DNA of 63,938 nucleotides, filler included, from Choristocarpus tenellus KU-1152 (lineage: Eukaryota > Protista > Phaeophyceae): NCBI GenBank assembly GCA_964200185.2. It is 9 parts of 9 records of this genome, joined end to end, with 100 filler letters (N's around TTAATTAATTAA, not from the genome) between each part and the next. Parts side by side here need not be neighbours in the genome. Positions count along the whole stretch, not along the records: positions 9,561 to 15,981 come from CAXNAD020008175.1; positions 16,082 to 19,448 come from CAXNAD020020501.1; positions 19,549 to 23,388 come from CAXNAD020017629.1; positions 23,489 to 27,607 come from CAXNAD020016119.1; positions 27,708 to 34,985 come from CAXNAD020006419.1; 4 more parts are not named here. One strand, given 5' to 3'. This document shows, one piece after another, positions 15,000-27,843 of this stretch. Under the pieces are notes generated by a model. It was not told the origin of the DNA, did no database searches, and saw only the letters and a list, made by a program, of their open reading frames with translations. Position numbers and translations under genes: made by a program. Every line of letters begins with the position of its first letter. The first letter of the stretch is position 1.

Positions 15000-15221
15000 G
15001 AGTCAAAGTATTTTAGAGGGTAGAGTCGCGTCCATTTGGGGGCCAGAATGCTATTTTTCGATTTTGGTGTAATTTTGTTCCGGACACACCATTTCATAAC
15101 GTATGCATATACCTACTCCGAAACATTTTGGAGTAGGAAAATGTCATAAAAAACCCATCGGAAGCCAAGCCTCAAATGGACAAACCTGGAAAAACTTGTA
15201 CCCTCTAAGATACTATCAATC
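15000..15221 (+). mobile_element. MITE family A (internally deleted), TSD TATA
   Basis: tata|gagtcaaagtattttagaggg ... ccctctaagatactatcaatc|tata. Confidence 0.9.
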
Positions 15222-15491
15222 TATACAGATGTCACATACCCCCCTATATCCCCTTCGACCAACATAGATTCCTTCCATAAAGTCCGATCCTGACATCCAA
15301 ACCAGTGTCATTTTGTTCTCCCAATCTGCAACCGCCACTGACACCTTTCATATTCTTTTTCGCAACTTACGCAGGGCAAACAAGCGCATCCCATACGTGC
15401 CACAGGCGATATGTCTTGATGGCGGTTTCATAAACACCATTATGACATATGGTCCCCGATTGTGATAAGACATCGTTGATCAGTTTCTTTT

Positions 15492-15748
15492 GAGACAGTA
15501 TCTTAGAGGGTAGAGCCTCGTTTATTTGGGGGCCAAAACCCAATGTTGCGATTTCAGTGTCATTTTGGCTATCGTGTTTGTTAGGAAGTGTCAATATCCT
15601 TGTTCCGGACACACCTTGTTATAACATGTACATTTTACCTACTCCGAAATCTTTTATAGTAGGTAAAATGTAAGAAAAACTTCGAGAGAAGCCAAGCCCC
15701 AATTGGACAACCAGGGCAAAGCTCGTACCCTCTGAGATACTTTCACTC
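15492..15748 (+). mobile_element. MITE family A, TSD TTTT
   Basis: tttt|gagacagtatcttagagggta ... taccctctgagatactttcactc|tttt; 257 bp. Confidence 0.92.
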
Positions 15749-16444
15749 TTTTTATACGATGATATTGACGATAATCCAAGTGAGAGATCCAGCACACTTG
15801 ACGACTTGTGCATCAGGAGTCCTATACGTACATCAGTATCATCTATAAGCCCGTAGATTGGAGCTATACATCCTGTGGAGGTAAGCTTTCTGGGGCGCCT
15901 GTAACATACGTTCCTTTCGCTACCAAAGTATATCCTCTATCATACATAAAACTATCCGTTCCTCAAAAAAACAACCTTCAANNNNNNNNNNNNNNNNNNN
16001 NNNNNNNNNNNNNNNNNNNNNNNNNTTAATTAATTAANNNNNNNNNNNNNNNNNNNNNNNNNNNNNNNNNNNNNNNNNNNNCTCCCAGATACTTTGGGTC
16101 AGAATGTGAAGAAGTAATGGTTGAAAGAAGCAGCGATACAAGCGCAGCCCATTACGGACAAAATATCCATAATGTGTTCTTTCGCGTGTATGAGTCGTTT
16201 GATAGAGACATGTCTGATTTGATGGGATTAGCATATTGGAACCGAACATTCTGGGATTGGATAAGAAGTGTATCCAGATTATTCACCAGGTGCGTGTTTT
16301 CACGCTATAAGGAAAGGTATGGCTACAACATAATCTTGTTAGGACATCTACGATGGTAGTAAACGTAGTTGTGGGCAAGGGGGGGTTAGGGTTAGTGGAA
16401 GTAGAGGTTAAATGAACTAGTTTGAAGAGTGCGTGTACGTATAG

Positions 16445-17340
16445 TACCGACCTTGGTTATAACTGTGTCTGTCCAGGAGGAACCTTGTGCTTCCAGCGGT
16501 GGCGCAAGTCTTCCTCCAGTGTCGGATCCCTCAAGGTGTATTGTGTCTTGGTTGCCTTGATTGTCTCCACTAGGGATGACGTTCCCGGCCTCTGTAACCC
16601 GTCTAGCTCCAGCCTCCTGGAGGCAGACTTGATCACAGCCCCGACACCATCAGACATGGACTTGCCATGGCAAGAGAAGAAGAAGTGGCGTATTGCCGAA
16701 ATCCCCATACGCGCTATGGACTGAGAAACCCATCACATCTGCCACCTGTTTTTGAACTGACTTCCACAGTCATCAGACCAGATGTGGAGGACATCAAGGG
16801 TCTATCCATATTTCTGACCTGAAGGTATTAGATGGTTATTTTACAAACATCTCCACAGCGTTCTGAACGAACTAGTTGTCCTGGCTTCGGTCCAAGCTAC
16901 ATATCGAAGTGCTGTGAGCCCATATTCTTCCCTTCCCCAGAATTCCCCACTTCTATGAGGTCACTCAACCTCCAAACAATGGTCAAGAGAGCTGTCAACT
17001 CTCGGATATATTTTCCAGAGTGGGGCTTCAGTTGGCAGGGAAGGAAAGGATGTTCAGGCCGAGGGTGTATCATTTTGAGCAGGTGAAATGCCTACACAGG
17101 TTGGAATTCACCTCTGTCAGTTGTAGTTGGAGAAGATATTCTTCTTGCTTTCTTCTGCTGCATTGATAAATTGGCAATTCAATATCCCTCGAGATCCTTA
17201 AAATGGGTAGAACAAGCTCTCCTTCCTCTACTCCCTGAATCGGAGTTCTCTGATGTCTTGTAGTGACCTTTGAATTTCCTACTGTTGAATTGTGGAGGTG
17301 CCACTTGCGTACACCGTTGAAGTACGACTTATCACGCCAA
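16445..17340 (-). pseudogene. Second, diverged copy of the HGK-family transposase
   Basis: MGISAIRHFFFSCHGKSMSDGVGAVIKSASRRLELDG (16457-16708) and upstream HIWSDDCGSQFKNR. Colinear with 12500-13110, with stops and frameshifts. Confidence 0.8.
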
Positions 17341-17381
17341 GCATGACCCCCATGACGAAACAACGTTCCCAAACCCGGAAA

Positions 17382-17563
17382 GACACAAAGTATCTGGGGG
17401 GGGGAGGGGGTCCTACACCAGGATGTCCATTAGGGCCCTGACCAGGAGAAGTGCACGTGCAATTATCCATCCGACGCAAAATCAACAAATCACCCAATAA
17501 TCGCGACATGAATGAGACCCCAAAAGGACAGCCGCCACCCCCACCCCCCAGATACTTTGATCC
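17382..17563 (+). mobile_element. MITE family B (about 180 bp)
   Basis: TIR gacacaaagtatctggggg ... cccccagatactttgatcc. Internal sequence is homologous to 18085-18263. Confidence 0.85.
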
Positions 17564-18084
17564 AAAGGTTGCAAGTATGTCAAGTGGGATGGACATTGAA
17601 TGAACTCTTCAGAAGCATACATGCAAAAACTCCTCAGTTAGACTTTTTCTGAGCTGAACGAGGATACCTCGTCCACCTATATTATATCTAAGAATCTCTC
17701 AATGATGTTGGATACTCCGGAATATAATGTAGGTAATTCATATTTTTCTGTTTCAGGGAAGATCAAAGCTTGACTAACGGTAGTATGCTGTATTCTTTGA
17801 AATACTTAGCACCTTTAGCACCAACAAATGCCATCTTCCATATTGCAGACGTTGTAAGGGGGAGAAATAGAAAGGATAAAAACATCTTAATTGTTATCTG
17901 TGTGCAACTACTGCATTAAGTTTTTTAATAACAGGAATAGTTGTTTACCAAACATATACAGGTTGTCTGTTTTCAACTCTCATCACACAGATGAAGAAAA
18001 TGCTACATATCAAGAGAAAAACGTGACACCAGCTAGGAGGGCGAGTCAACAATGCCATGTCATGAAGAATCTCTATCTCCTCAA

Positions 18085-18263
18085 GACCCAAAGTATCTGG
18101 GGGGGGAGGGAGGGGTCTACACCAGGGTGACCATTTGGACCAAAATCAAGAAAAGTGCATTTACATTATCCATCCGACGTACGCAACCAAATCACCCGAA
18201 AATCGCGATATGAAAAATTGACTCCAAATGGACAGCCGCCACTTCCCCCAGATACTTTGGACC
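18085..18263 (+). mobile_element. MITE family B, TSD TCAA
   Basis: tcaa|gacccaaagtatctggggg ... cccccagatactttggacc|tcaa. Confidence 0.9.
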
Positions 18264-18457
18264 TCAATTCAAATGGAACATGGGCACAGGGTACACAGGC
18301 AACAACTCATTGAACAAGAACGTAAACGGCAACAAGTAGATACTGCCGCCACTCTCAAGAAGACTTTGAGGGCAGGGACAGAGTCAAAGCTCCCTGCGTA
18401 ACGACTACCTCCATGCAGATGTATTTGTTGGCGCGTACATTTCTTGTACAGATTGGT

Positions 18458-18625
18458 GGCTCAAAGTGGTGGGGGTCTACACCAGCGTGTCCATTCGGGC
18501 CCTGACCAGCAGAAGTGAACTTACACTATCCATCCGATGCATGCAACCAAATCACACAAAACTCGTGACATGGAAAAACGGGTCCCGAATGGACAGTTAT
18601 CAACCCCCCCGAGATACTTTGAGCC
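18458..18625 (+). mobile_element. MITE family B, TSD TGGT
   Basis: tggt|ggctcaaagt ... actttgagcc|tggt; perfect 10-bp TIR. Confidence 0.9.
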
Positions 18626-19325
18626 TGGTGCGACATATGTGGCTAATATGGTGCATGGGAGGCGTGACCAAGACTTGCGCATCATTATTTATGTATCGTG
18701 GTAGTAAAATTTGTGGACATAGATCTAGAGTTACAACAGCAGAATAGTAGAAGCTTAGCATGAAGTGTGGAGAAATGGACAACAAACACAAACAGAAAAG
18801 TAAGGAAGAACAGAAAATTTCCATTTTTTATTCCTCCATCAATTCATAATTTGATTTTTATTATTTTCCCCTGTTCCTCCTGACTGGACAACAAGTAAAT
18901 GTATCAGTGGTGTTGAAATAGAAAAACACTCGAATAAAGACATTAGAGTGGTATAAGCGTACATGGTACTAATGGTCGAATGTCATCATCTGGAATATTT
19001 AGCATCTCTGCAAGCAGCAATTAAAAGTAAATCCTCCACTATATTCATTGCCTCGAATCAAAGGTGTTATTTAATACAGTGTCAAACATCAGCAGCTCGC
19101 AATGTCGCAGAGTTGATTTTTTATTCTTGCTTGCCATCAGCTACAGTGGCACCCCTGCCCACGACCTACTTAAATTCCTCCAAAAACGGATGACGTAAGA
19201 AGTAGAAACACATTAGACGAAAAAAGGTATTCACTTCCATGCATAATGAAATGCGTTTGACTGGGGATTTGGCAAGAGAACAAGACCTCAGGACTTGCAC
19301 TCCAATTGGAATTCCAGGAGCTTGA

Positions 19326-19448
19326 GAGTGAAAGTATCTTAGAGGATACGAGTTTTGCCCTGTTTATCCATTTGGGGCTTGGCTTCCCAAAGGTTTTTTA
19401 ATGACATTTTCCTACTCCAAAATGTTTTGGAGTAGGTAAAATGTATAC
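19326..19448 (-). mobile_element. MITE family A, truncated by the assembly gap
   Basis: gagtgaaagtatcttagaggatacgagttttgccctg... runs into Ns. Confidence 0.85.
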
Positions 19449-19843
19449 NNNNNNNNNNNNNNNNNNNNNNNNNNNNNNNNNNNNNNNNNNNNTTAATTAA
19501 TTAANNNNNNNNNNNNNNNNNNNNNNNNNNNNNNNNNNNNNNNNNNNNCGCGCGTTAAAAAAAAAAAGGGGGGGGGGTTCCATTGCCTTGAGCTGGCGTT
19601 GCCCGTGGACTTTTGCTCGTGAGTACTCGAGGGCTAGTTGCGTACGACTTGTAGAGTAGGCATCGCACTGTCATCTCATCTTTTTTTTTTACGTAGGTGT
19701 TGATTTTGTCGGTTTTGGTCTTTTAGAAAAATAAATAAATATATATATATATATTGTTGACATGTGTTCACTTACCCTGCTGGCTCTTGCTCGACCCTCT
19801 TTTCACTTTGTTGCCAACTCAACCCGATTCTGTCCGGCATAAA

Positions 19844-19880
<37 letters not shown>

Positions 19881-20431
19881 CTGTTGCTGTGTAAGATATG
19901 ATGTTTCTCGCTGGGTTTTGATTGCGAAGAAGGGTGGATAGTGTCCCCTGTGGATTTCAAGTCCCTCAACGAGTGCGATTCTCACCCCCCTTAACATATG
20001 TCCTGCTACAGAATTTTACAATTTTGTAGCGTAGAAAGCAATTTCCTGTTGCCAGAGATGCGTATGCGTAATTCTTGTGTGTACATATATATGTATACAT
20101 ATGTGTCTGTGTGTGTGTGTGTGTATGTAATTGACATGACTCCTCGAAGAGTAGTCAACATGCTGTTCATTTATATTTATATTTATAGTTATATTTATAT
20201 ATATATTGTATAATCGTATCCACTATGAGAGGGGGGGGAGCAAGCCCCCCCCCCCCGGCCCTGTACTTTGTGAGGGGTTTGTTTGTTTCTCCCCCTGTTG
20301 TAACGCTGGCACCAACGCATGTGTTCCTGACTTCCACGCTCTAAGTAAAGCTGTGCCTTTCTGCCTCGATGGGGTTGTGCCGTGCCACAGGGCTCGCCCT
20401 GGTGTTTGTTTTTGAAGTAAGTGGGTCAAAA

Positions 20432-20468
<37 letters not shown>

Positions 20469-21502
20469 ATTGTTTTTCTCACTCCAACTTTTTTTTTTCT
20501 CTACATAGTGTTTTATTTTTCCAAACATTATTTTGCGTCAGCACAGTACGTCATGGTACTCACTCTAAGAGCAAGTCTCGTTGCTGTAGTTATCAAATTT
20601 CAATAACAACACTGCATGGGATTAACAGGAAATTGAGAAATAGGTTACACACTGCATGGGGGATTCTGGGCACTAGCATGTATGTTACTGCAATTAGTTT
20701 TTTTTTTTTTTTAAGGGACTCTCGGACCGGCTTTATCTCGACTTTAGTTTCTACATGTTGCAATCCGTTTGTCCCCGATTATATATTTATTATATAGTTC
20801 CTATGCAGGTGTTACAGTATACGCCTCTGGTTTAGGAAACACTGCTGAAGCGGTTACACGCCCCTGCGCGAGTGCGTGCCCCTGTGCCCAATCTCCCCTT
20901 TATATAAATTTTGTTGGGCCCCTCTCACCTTTTAATTGTTGTTCGCCTCTCCTTACCCAAGCAATTGTGAGGTCGATCTCACCTGCCTGGCAAGAGTATG
21001 CGTAGGTCTTTGAACTCTTCCACGCATATGTATGCTTTGTACTCCAGAGTGGTTTTCCGTGCTTTTCAGGCGTGAAGACTTGTTTTGAAGTCTGAAACTG
21101 AACCTCCACAATCAGTTGTAGTTTGATGCTGGTTGGGGGGGGGGGGGGGGGGGGGGGGCAATATATATGTTTGTTTGTGTGTGTGTGTGTGCGTGTGTGT
21201 GTGAATGTGTATGGAGAAATGCAACACCTTTTCAGGCGTTTCATCAAGTAGCTTCGAGTTAGGCACTTTGATATCAGAAGAAGGGCATTCCTAGTTTGTA
21301 GATGCATGTTGTACTTCTTTTGGTAGTAGGGGGGAAATGGAAGGCGTTCACAATTTGTTTCATGTGTGTAAAGAAATTTATAATTTTCTGTATGTTATTT
21401 CATTACGTGAGCTGCGGGGGTAATGATGTGGGGTGTAAAACCGAACCTCTGCTGAATTGCCATGCTTGGTACGCCTTCCATGCGTGTGCACTGGCTGTTC
21501 AG

Positions 21503-22573
21503 GTAACCTTGTCTGAGTTCAAGAAGTGGCTCGCTAGGAGTGAGGCTGTGGGAGGCTTGGGCGAGGATGAGGTGGAAGAGCTGTTTCGATCCATTGATGG
21601 GGATAACACTGGTGGGACAAATTGGGGATGATGGGGATGATAGAGTTGGATTGTTTTCGAGATGTATCTGGACATTGTTTGACCTGCCTATCCTTCTGCT
21701 GTGTAGTTGGGGAAATGATTAACGGATACTACTATGGAGTGCTACATAGTGCTACAGAGCACCTTAGGGTTGAGTGCATTGGCAGGGTAATCTGCACTTA
21801 GACTGAAGGTGGAGTGTGTGGTGGTGCTCACGCACTCCCCAATGTTTAATTGGGATGGAAGGCGATATCAGTTTTTGGAGCTGTATTAGAGTTGGGCTTT
21901 TTTCGTGTCCTGTGTGAAATGACGAGTGATGAGATGGTTGTGTTGTGTTGTGTTGAGTTGTGTGTGATGGGTGATGGGTGATGGGTGGGGGTACAGCTAC
22001 CAAGATACTTTCCTACCTTTGAATGGTACACAGAGCCGAGATCACGAACACGGTAGAGGTGGCTGATGTGTGTCAAGAGTAATGCAGAACTTTGGGGGAC
22101 TTCGATTGGCATGGTCCACGGACTGGACCAAAGAACAATTAACGACCTGGTACTGGAGATTTCAGAAATGTGTTAGAACATGGGTTGCAGTCTGGACCTG
22201 TCCTTTCAGAAATGTTCTGAACTGGTCCGCAATCTAGACCAGGCCGTTTACAAACTTTGTGTGTCTCAGTACTGAACTGTTCAGAAGTGCATGAAACCAG
22301 ACGTGGCCTGGACCTGGACCAAACAATTCAGAAACATCAGCAGTTCGGGACCTCTCAGACCAGACCTGTTTTGTTTGTTTGTATTGCACTGGGCTCGCCT
22401 GGTCAAGACTCATCAGGCAGGCAGACCTCTCTCCTCATTGAGCCCTACTTCAATTCCTTCAGCCTACCATGTGTTGTACAATTGATTGACCGTATGTTTC
22501 TCGCTGTATGTAAGGTGAACAAGAGGGTGGTGAAGTGCATTTTGCTGATTTGAAGTAGAAGAACAAAACAAGT

Positions 22574-22620
<47 letters not shown>

Positions 22621-23036
22621 CCTTGATGCAGTCACGAAGATGGCTGCAGATGTGTACCATGTCTCACCAGGTTAGCACCGCAGTGAATAGCACAGGTGTA
22701 GTTGAAAGGGCCATGGGTTGTTTTGAACGCATTCGCTCGAGGGTTGGGATGGATGTCCTTGTTTTACTGAACAGAGCAATACCTTAGGTTGAACTTAAAC
22801 TTGTAAGCATGCAGATCAGAGAGTATATCGCTTCGAAGGAAGAGAAATGCTTCCATTGAGACCTCGTTCTGGACCTCTGGACAAGAGCCTCGGACCTACT
22901 CTTCTGTGGCGAAGAAGGGAAACCTTAAGAAAGAACTCATCGACTCGGTCAATCATTTGTTCGTTTGCATCCAACTTGGTCGATCATTTGTTCAACTGTA
23001 TCTAGTTACCGACCTTTCTCCGATTCTTCTCTCTTT

Positions 23037-23082
<46 letters not shown>

Positions 23083-23341
23083 GTGTGGATGGACCACCTC
23101 TCCGCTGGGTTGGGTACCCCTGCTCTGTTCAGGCATGATCCACTTCAATGAGTTCTTAGCAGCTACACTTCAGCGGCAACGGCTCGACGAGGTGGACCTG
23201 AGGGCTGCATTTGATCGCCTAGACCGGAGTCATACAGGGTCCATCACGGTTGAGGATGTGGCTCTCACTGTGGGAGGGGGGCTCTCTTCCGAAGAGGTTG
23301 GGGTCCTTTTGAGCCAGTTCGATATCAATGGGGATGGAAAG
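21503..23341 (+). CDS. Partial gene: calmodulin-like EF-hand domain, probably the C-terminus of a calcium-dependent protein kinase (exons 21503-21611, 23133-23341)
   Basis: AG/GT-bounded, phase-compatible exons give VTLSEFKK...ELFRSIDGDNTGMIHFNEFLAAT...LRAAFDRLDRSHTGSITVEDV...FDINGDGK, containing EF loops. The kinase domain is not seen in this contig. Confidence 0.85.
22576..22619. repeat. (CA)n microsatellite
   Basis: Seen directly. Other microsatellites: (ATA)n about 19844-19878, (AT)n about 20435-20461, (GTT)n about 23038-23080. Confidence 0.95.
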
Positions 23342-23488
23342 GTGAGGACTGAGGGATGAGTGGGGCCGCGGGGGGGGGGGGGGGGGGGNNNNNNNNNNNN
23401 NNNNNNNNNNNNNNNNNNNNNNNNNNNNNNNNTTAATTAATTAANNNNNNNNNNNNNNNNNNNNNNNNNNNNNNNNNNNNNNNNNNNN

Positions 23489-24823
23489 GGCTTGGTTGTG
23501 GAGGATAATCCCCTGCTTGTAATATACAACACCAAGGGGGGGGGGCGCCCTGTCGCAGGCACTGATAACCATCTCAGATCTTGCCAGGACATGATTCTTC
23601 TCGCGCACAACGGTGGGACAGAGTTCACATGCAACAAGGGAGTCACCGTCGACCATATCTTTGGCCACGAGCGTTGTGCATATCCTCCGGTGCTCCAAAC
23701 CATGTGTAACGTGGAATACCAAGGTGCTGCAACGGACATCCCCATGAGGGCCCTCCACTTCCTCGTTAACAGGTTCGTTAATAACGTCACACACGCCCTT
23801 CTTCACGGCAGCAGGGACTTTTTTTTACAGGTGTAGGACATCGTTAAGCAGTAACACAACAGGCTGGGTGACGGTTCAGGAGCGTCAAACCATACCACGA
23901 GTGACCTTCCCAAAATCATTATGTTAAGCGTCTGCCCGCACCAAGAGTGTGTTGCCCTGTATCGATAGGTTACTCTTTGATGTGTGATATGATGATGAAT
24001 CCGTGCGCAATACAATGTACTCCTCGAGATAATTGACGAACTACCCTCCTATGATAGGTACACGAATGCTGGGGACACTGTCGTCTCCTTCAGCGCAGAG
24101 AGGCACAACGTGGTGCAGGCGGCCCTTGAACGGAGCAGGAGGGTGGAGGTGTTCGTGTCCAACGCGGCATTGAAGGACGAGGTGAAAGAGAAGATGGAGA
24201 CCTCCTTCGCCAAAGCCTACAAGGACGGTAAGTGGAAGGTAAGAACAGTGTGCTGGCTTTTTTTCCATTGCTTTCCAACTTGTTGTCAGTCTTGTTCTCC
24301 TATGGATAGATGTCGGGCGTGCGATTGTTGTAGTGATGTTTCCTTGTCGATATTTACACGTTGCTCACACGGTGCACGCGGTTACTCACACCACAAACGG
24401 AAATCGCGAGACCCCAAGACTTTGTGTGTGAGCGTCGGTACATCGTAATGTCCTGTTTCCCGACACGAAAAAACAAACGTGCTGCGGTACACCACAAGAT
24501 CTTGAACCAACGCCGGAATAACCTCCACGTACGTGACGAAACCTTATCCCATGGCAAACACTTCAATGCCACATGGTTGGGTTGTCACATGTACGCACAT
24601 AACGTTGCAGGTATCCGCGTCTCTCGTTCAAGAACGCGTGATAGGCCCTTCCTGCCTGCCGGAAGCCTTGGGGCAGACCCTCGTCCCAATTCAGACGCAT
24701 CAATGTTTTGCTGAGGCCGTCAATCCTCAGGGAAAGGCAATGGGACACAATGAGGCGACCAATTTCGTTGCAAAGACCGTGGCGACCGACTTTGGCTACC
24801 AGATGGAGGTGAATGTGGTATAG
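23489..24823 (+). CDS. 3' part of a spliced gene of unknown function (exons about 23489-23830, 24057-24238, 24611-24823)
   Basis: GC-rich open frames ending in cag|gt and aag|gtaag donors, with a ttgcag| acceptor. No recognisable domain, and the middle exon frame is uncertain. Confidence 0.45.
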
Positions 24824-24998
24824 AATGCACTTCGTTACATATTTTGTGAAGAACGAACGGCAGAGTCAACATCTTGGCACGCAGAATAAGTTTTTTTTAA
24901 TTCCAGAGTCCGAACCTATCTAATGCTGAATCCAAATACGTCGCGTAGAAAAATATGGGCCTTGCAGGTAAGTATTTGATCCGTCGTGTCTTCAACGT

Positions 24999-25505
24999 GA
25001 GCCAAAATATCTTAGATGGTATGACCGCGTCCATTTGGGGGCCAAAACCCAATGTTACGATTTTGATGTTATTTTGGCTATCGTGTTTGTTAGGAACTGT
25101 CAATATTTATGAGTCAAAGTATCTTAGAGGGTAGAGCCGCGTCCATTTGGGGACCAAAATCCAATGTTGCGATTTCGATGTGATTTTGACTATCTTGTTC
25201 GTTAGGAAGTGTCAATATCCTTGCTTCAGACATACACATGATGCCTACTCCAAAACATTTTCAGAATAGGGAAACGTCATAAAAAACCCCGTGGGAAGCG
25301 AAGCCCCAAACGGACAAAAAGGGCGAAACTCGTACCCTTTAAGATACTTTCACTCTACGTTTCGGACACACCTATTCATAACGTATACATTTTACCTACT
25401 CCCAAACGTTTCAGATTAGGTAAAACGTCCTAAAAAAAAAATGTGAATCCAAGCACCAAATGAACAAACAGGCCAAAACTCGTACCCTCCAAGATGCTTT
25501 CACTC
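24999..25505 (+). mobile_element. MITE family A (TSD ACGT) with a second family A copy nested at 25111-25355
   Basis: acgt|gagccaaaatatcttag ... aagatgctttcactc|acgt. The inner copy has both TIRs. Confidence 0.92.
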
Positions 25506-25849
25506 ACGTTTGCCACAATAAGGTTGACTTTTTTGCACCACCTTCGCACGAGATTACCTCCAAAAAGCATTACATTCATGAATGACCGAACTCTGCCCCC
25601 CCCCCCAAAAAATACTTTGACCCACTACTTAAAACAATTTTGTCTTACTTTTTCAATTAAGTGCAGGGTAATTTGTCCGATCTATCCATATAACAGCAGA
25701 TTCTCAAAATTGAGGATGAAGCGGGACTATGAGGATGGNNNNNNNNNNGCCCCCCCCCCCAACACCCCTCCACCCCCCCCAACCACATCGCCGTCTTTGT
25801 CTTCCGCAATGCTCAGCCACATGCAAGCTCATCCTCGAATCCCGCAGAA

Positions 25850-26563
25850 ATGGTCTTATTCCCGCTTGAAGGGAAAGACTACAAGATCGGCGGAAATGGC
25901 CTCCCTGAGTGGGGTGATCTCGTAGTGTGCAACTCTCGATCAGAGGCCTTCCGTTCGATCTCTCTTGCAGACCAAGAAAAACAGTGCATTCGGCTGCTTC
26001 ATGTGGCCAACAACAGACAACTCAAGCGCATGCTTTCGCCTGGAATTGAGGTGGGTGGGCCGCGCGCAGAGCTCTACTTGCGCGTGGCAGCCACTTGCCC
26101 TCTCTGCTACATGCGTTTGACCGAGAAAGGAGACGATGCCAACATTGAATTCTCCTCAAAAATTCCGCAGAGCGGAAGCCGTGACCAGGTCCTCCTCCCC
26201 TTCTCCCAGGTTGGCCCCGGGCAGATGTTCGTCACGCCCGTAGTCGGGAGGGTGTACAAACCCCGGGCAAAGAATGACACGAGATCACCATTCTATGTGC
26301 TCCCGGGTGTTATGGTAGTGCGTTCTTGTGGGTTCGAAGTGATGGATTCGGACTCGGACTTGACGAAAATGACCACTAGAAAGCGCAAGTGTCCCTCTTC
26401 CCGCACGGGTGGAAAGGGGAAAGGTCGCGAGGTATGGAGGGGCGCAGGTGATTCTGCCATAGAAGACGAGTCGGAGTATGTCAGCGACGCGGAGGAGGAT
26501 GAAGAGGAAGAAGAGGATGATGAAGTGTATGATAGAGAGGAGGGTGAACAGGATGACGAATAG
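25850..26563 (+). CDS. Hypothetical protein (237 aa, or a last exon) with CxxC, basic NLS-like patch and acidic tail
   Basis: Long GC-rich ORF: TCPLC, TTRKRKC, EEDEEEEEDDE. The true start is unclear because of a 10-N gap upstream. Confidence 0.5.
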   Translation: MVLFPLEGKDYKIGGNGLPEWGDLVVCNSRSEAFRSISLADQEKQCIRLLHVANNRQLKRMLSPGIEVGGPRAELYLRVAATCPLCYMRLTEKGDDANIEFSSKIPQSGSRDQVLLPFSQVGPGQMFVTPVVGRVYKPRAKNDTRSPFYVLPGVMVVRSCGFEVMDSDSDLTKMTTRKRKCPSSRTGGKGKGREVWRGAGDSAIEDESEYVSDAEEDEEEEEDDEVYDREEGEQDDE

Positions 26564-26570
26564 GAGTAAG

Positions 26571-27081
26571 GAGTGAAACTATCTTAGAGGGTACGAATTT
26601 TTCCCTGTTTGTCCCTTTATGGGGCTTGGCTTCCCATGGGATTTTTTTATGATATTTTCCGACTCCAAAATGTTTCGCAGTAGGTTAAATGTATACATTT
26701 GTGGGGCTTGGCTTCCCATGGGTTTTTTTATGACATTCTCCGACTCCAAAATGTTTCGTAGTAGGTTAAATGTATACATTTGTGGGGCTTGACTTCCCAT
26801 CCATGCTTTTTTTTTAATGATATTTTCGGACTCCAAAATGTTTCATAGTAGGTAAAATGTATACATTTGTGGGGCTTGGCTTCCCATAAGTTTTTTTATT
26901 ACATTTTCCCACTCCAAAATGTTTGGGAGTAGGCAAAATGTATACGTCATGAAAAGGTGTGTCCGAAACATAGCTATTGACACTTCCTAACAAACACGAC
27001 AGCCAAAATTACATCAAAGCCACAACATTGTATTTTGACCCCCAAATGGATGCGGCTCTACCCTATAAGATACTTTGGCTC
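26571..27081 (-). mobile_element. MITE family A with internal fourfold tandem amplification of an 80-88-bp segment
   Basis: Both TIRs are present. The unit ggggcttg(g/a)cttccca...tgtatacatttgt starts at about 26621, 26703, 26783 and 26871. Flanks aag|...|aag. Confidence 0.9.
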
Positions 27082-27843
27082 AAGAAGAGAATCGGGACGA
27101 GGGGTGGAAAGGAGGGTGAGGTGGAGAGGCGGGCGGGCGCACACGTTGGCAAAGTAATGATTGACCAACGGTAAACAGAGCATACAGGAGTGTTTTTTGT
27201 TGATGATGCCTCGTTCGTCCAGTAGTTAGTTCGAGCAAGTTGTTCGTGTGTCTGTTGAACTCCTGATAACATGCTTACCAGAGTCGGAGTCCATTTTGCT
27301 TCAGGTGACGTGCACAGTTTCATGCGGTGGCGGGGGGAGGAGGGATACAACGAATGAGCAGGAAATTGATAAAGCTGGTATTTTTCTTATTTATTATGAA
27401 AGAAGATTTTTTTTTAAACCATATTTTTGATCTGGGCTGTTGTCGCCTTGTTCTCCCTCTTCTCTGTGTTGTTCTCTTGCGATATGTGACAAGTCAAACA
27501 AGTTTCCCGAAAAAATAGATAAATGCAGATCGGCGTATCTGACAGGGGGTGGGAGGGGGGGCAGATCGCAACAAATGGTAATTCGGGCATGACTGAGATG
27601 AGACAAANNNNNNNNNNNNNNNNNNNNNNNNNNNNNNNNNNNNNNNNNNNNTTAATTAATTAANNNNNNNNNNNNNNNNNNNNNNNNNNNNNNNNNNNNN
27701 NNNNNNNTGAGGTTTTTTACACCAAAAAACACTCCCCTACCCATTATTTTTTAAATTACTTCCCCCACAAAAAAAATTATTTTTTCCCCCCCCCCCCCCC
27801 CCCCCATTCATGGATTTTGTTCCTATTGTCTTATTTTACAAAG

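Noticed and set aside
17600-19300. AT-rich coding-like fragments, possibly viral
   Set aside because: Short, stop-ridden, and with no recognisable viral motif.
26579-26836. ORF with repeated GSQAPQMYTFNLLRN peptide, and similar ORFs (LPNKHDSQN, HFGVGKC) elsewhere
   Set aside because: These are translations of non-coding MITE family A sequence.
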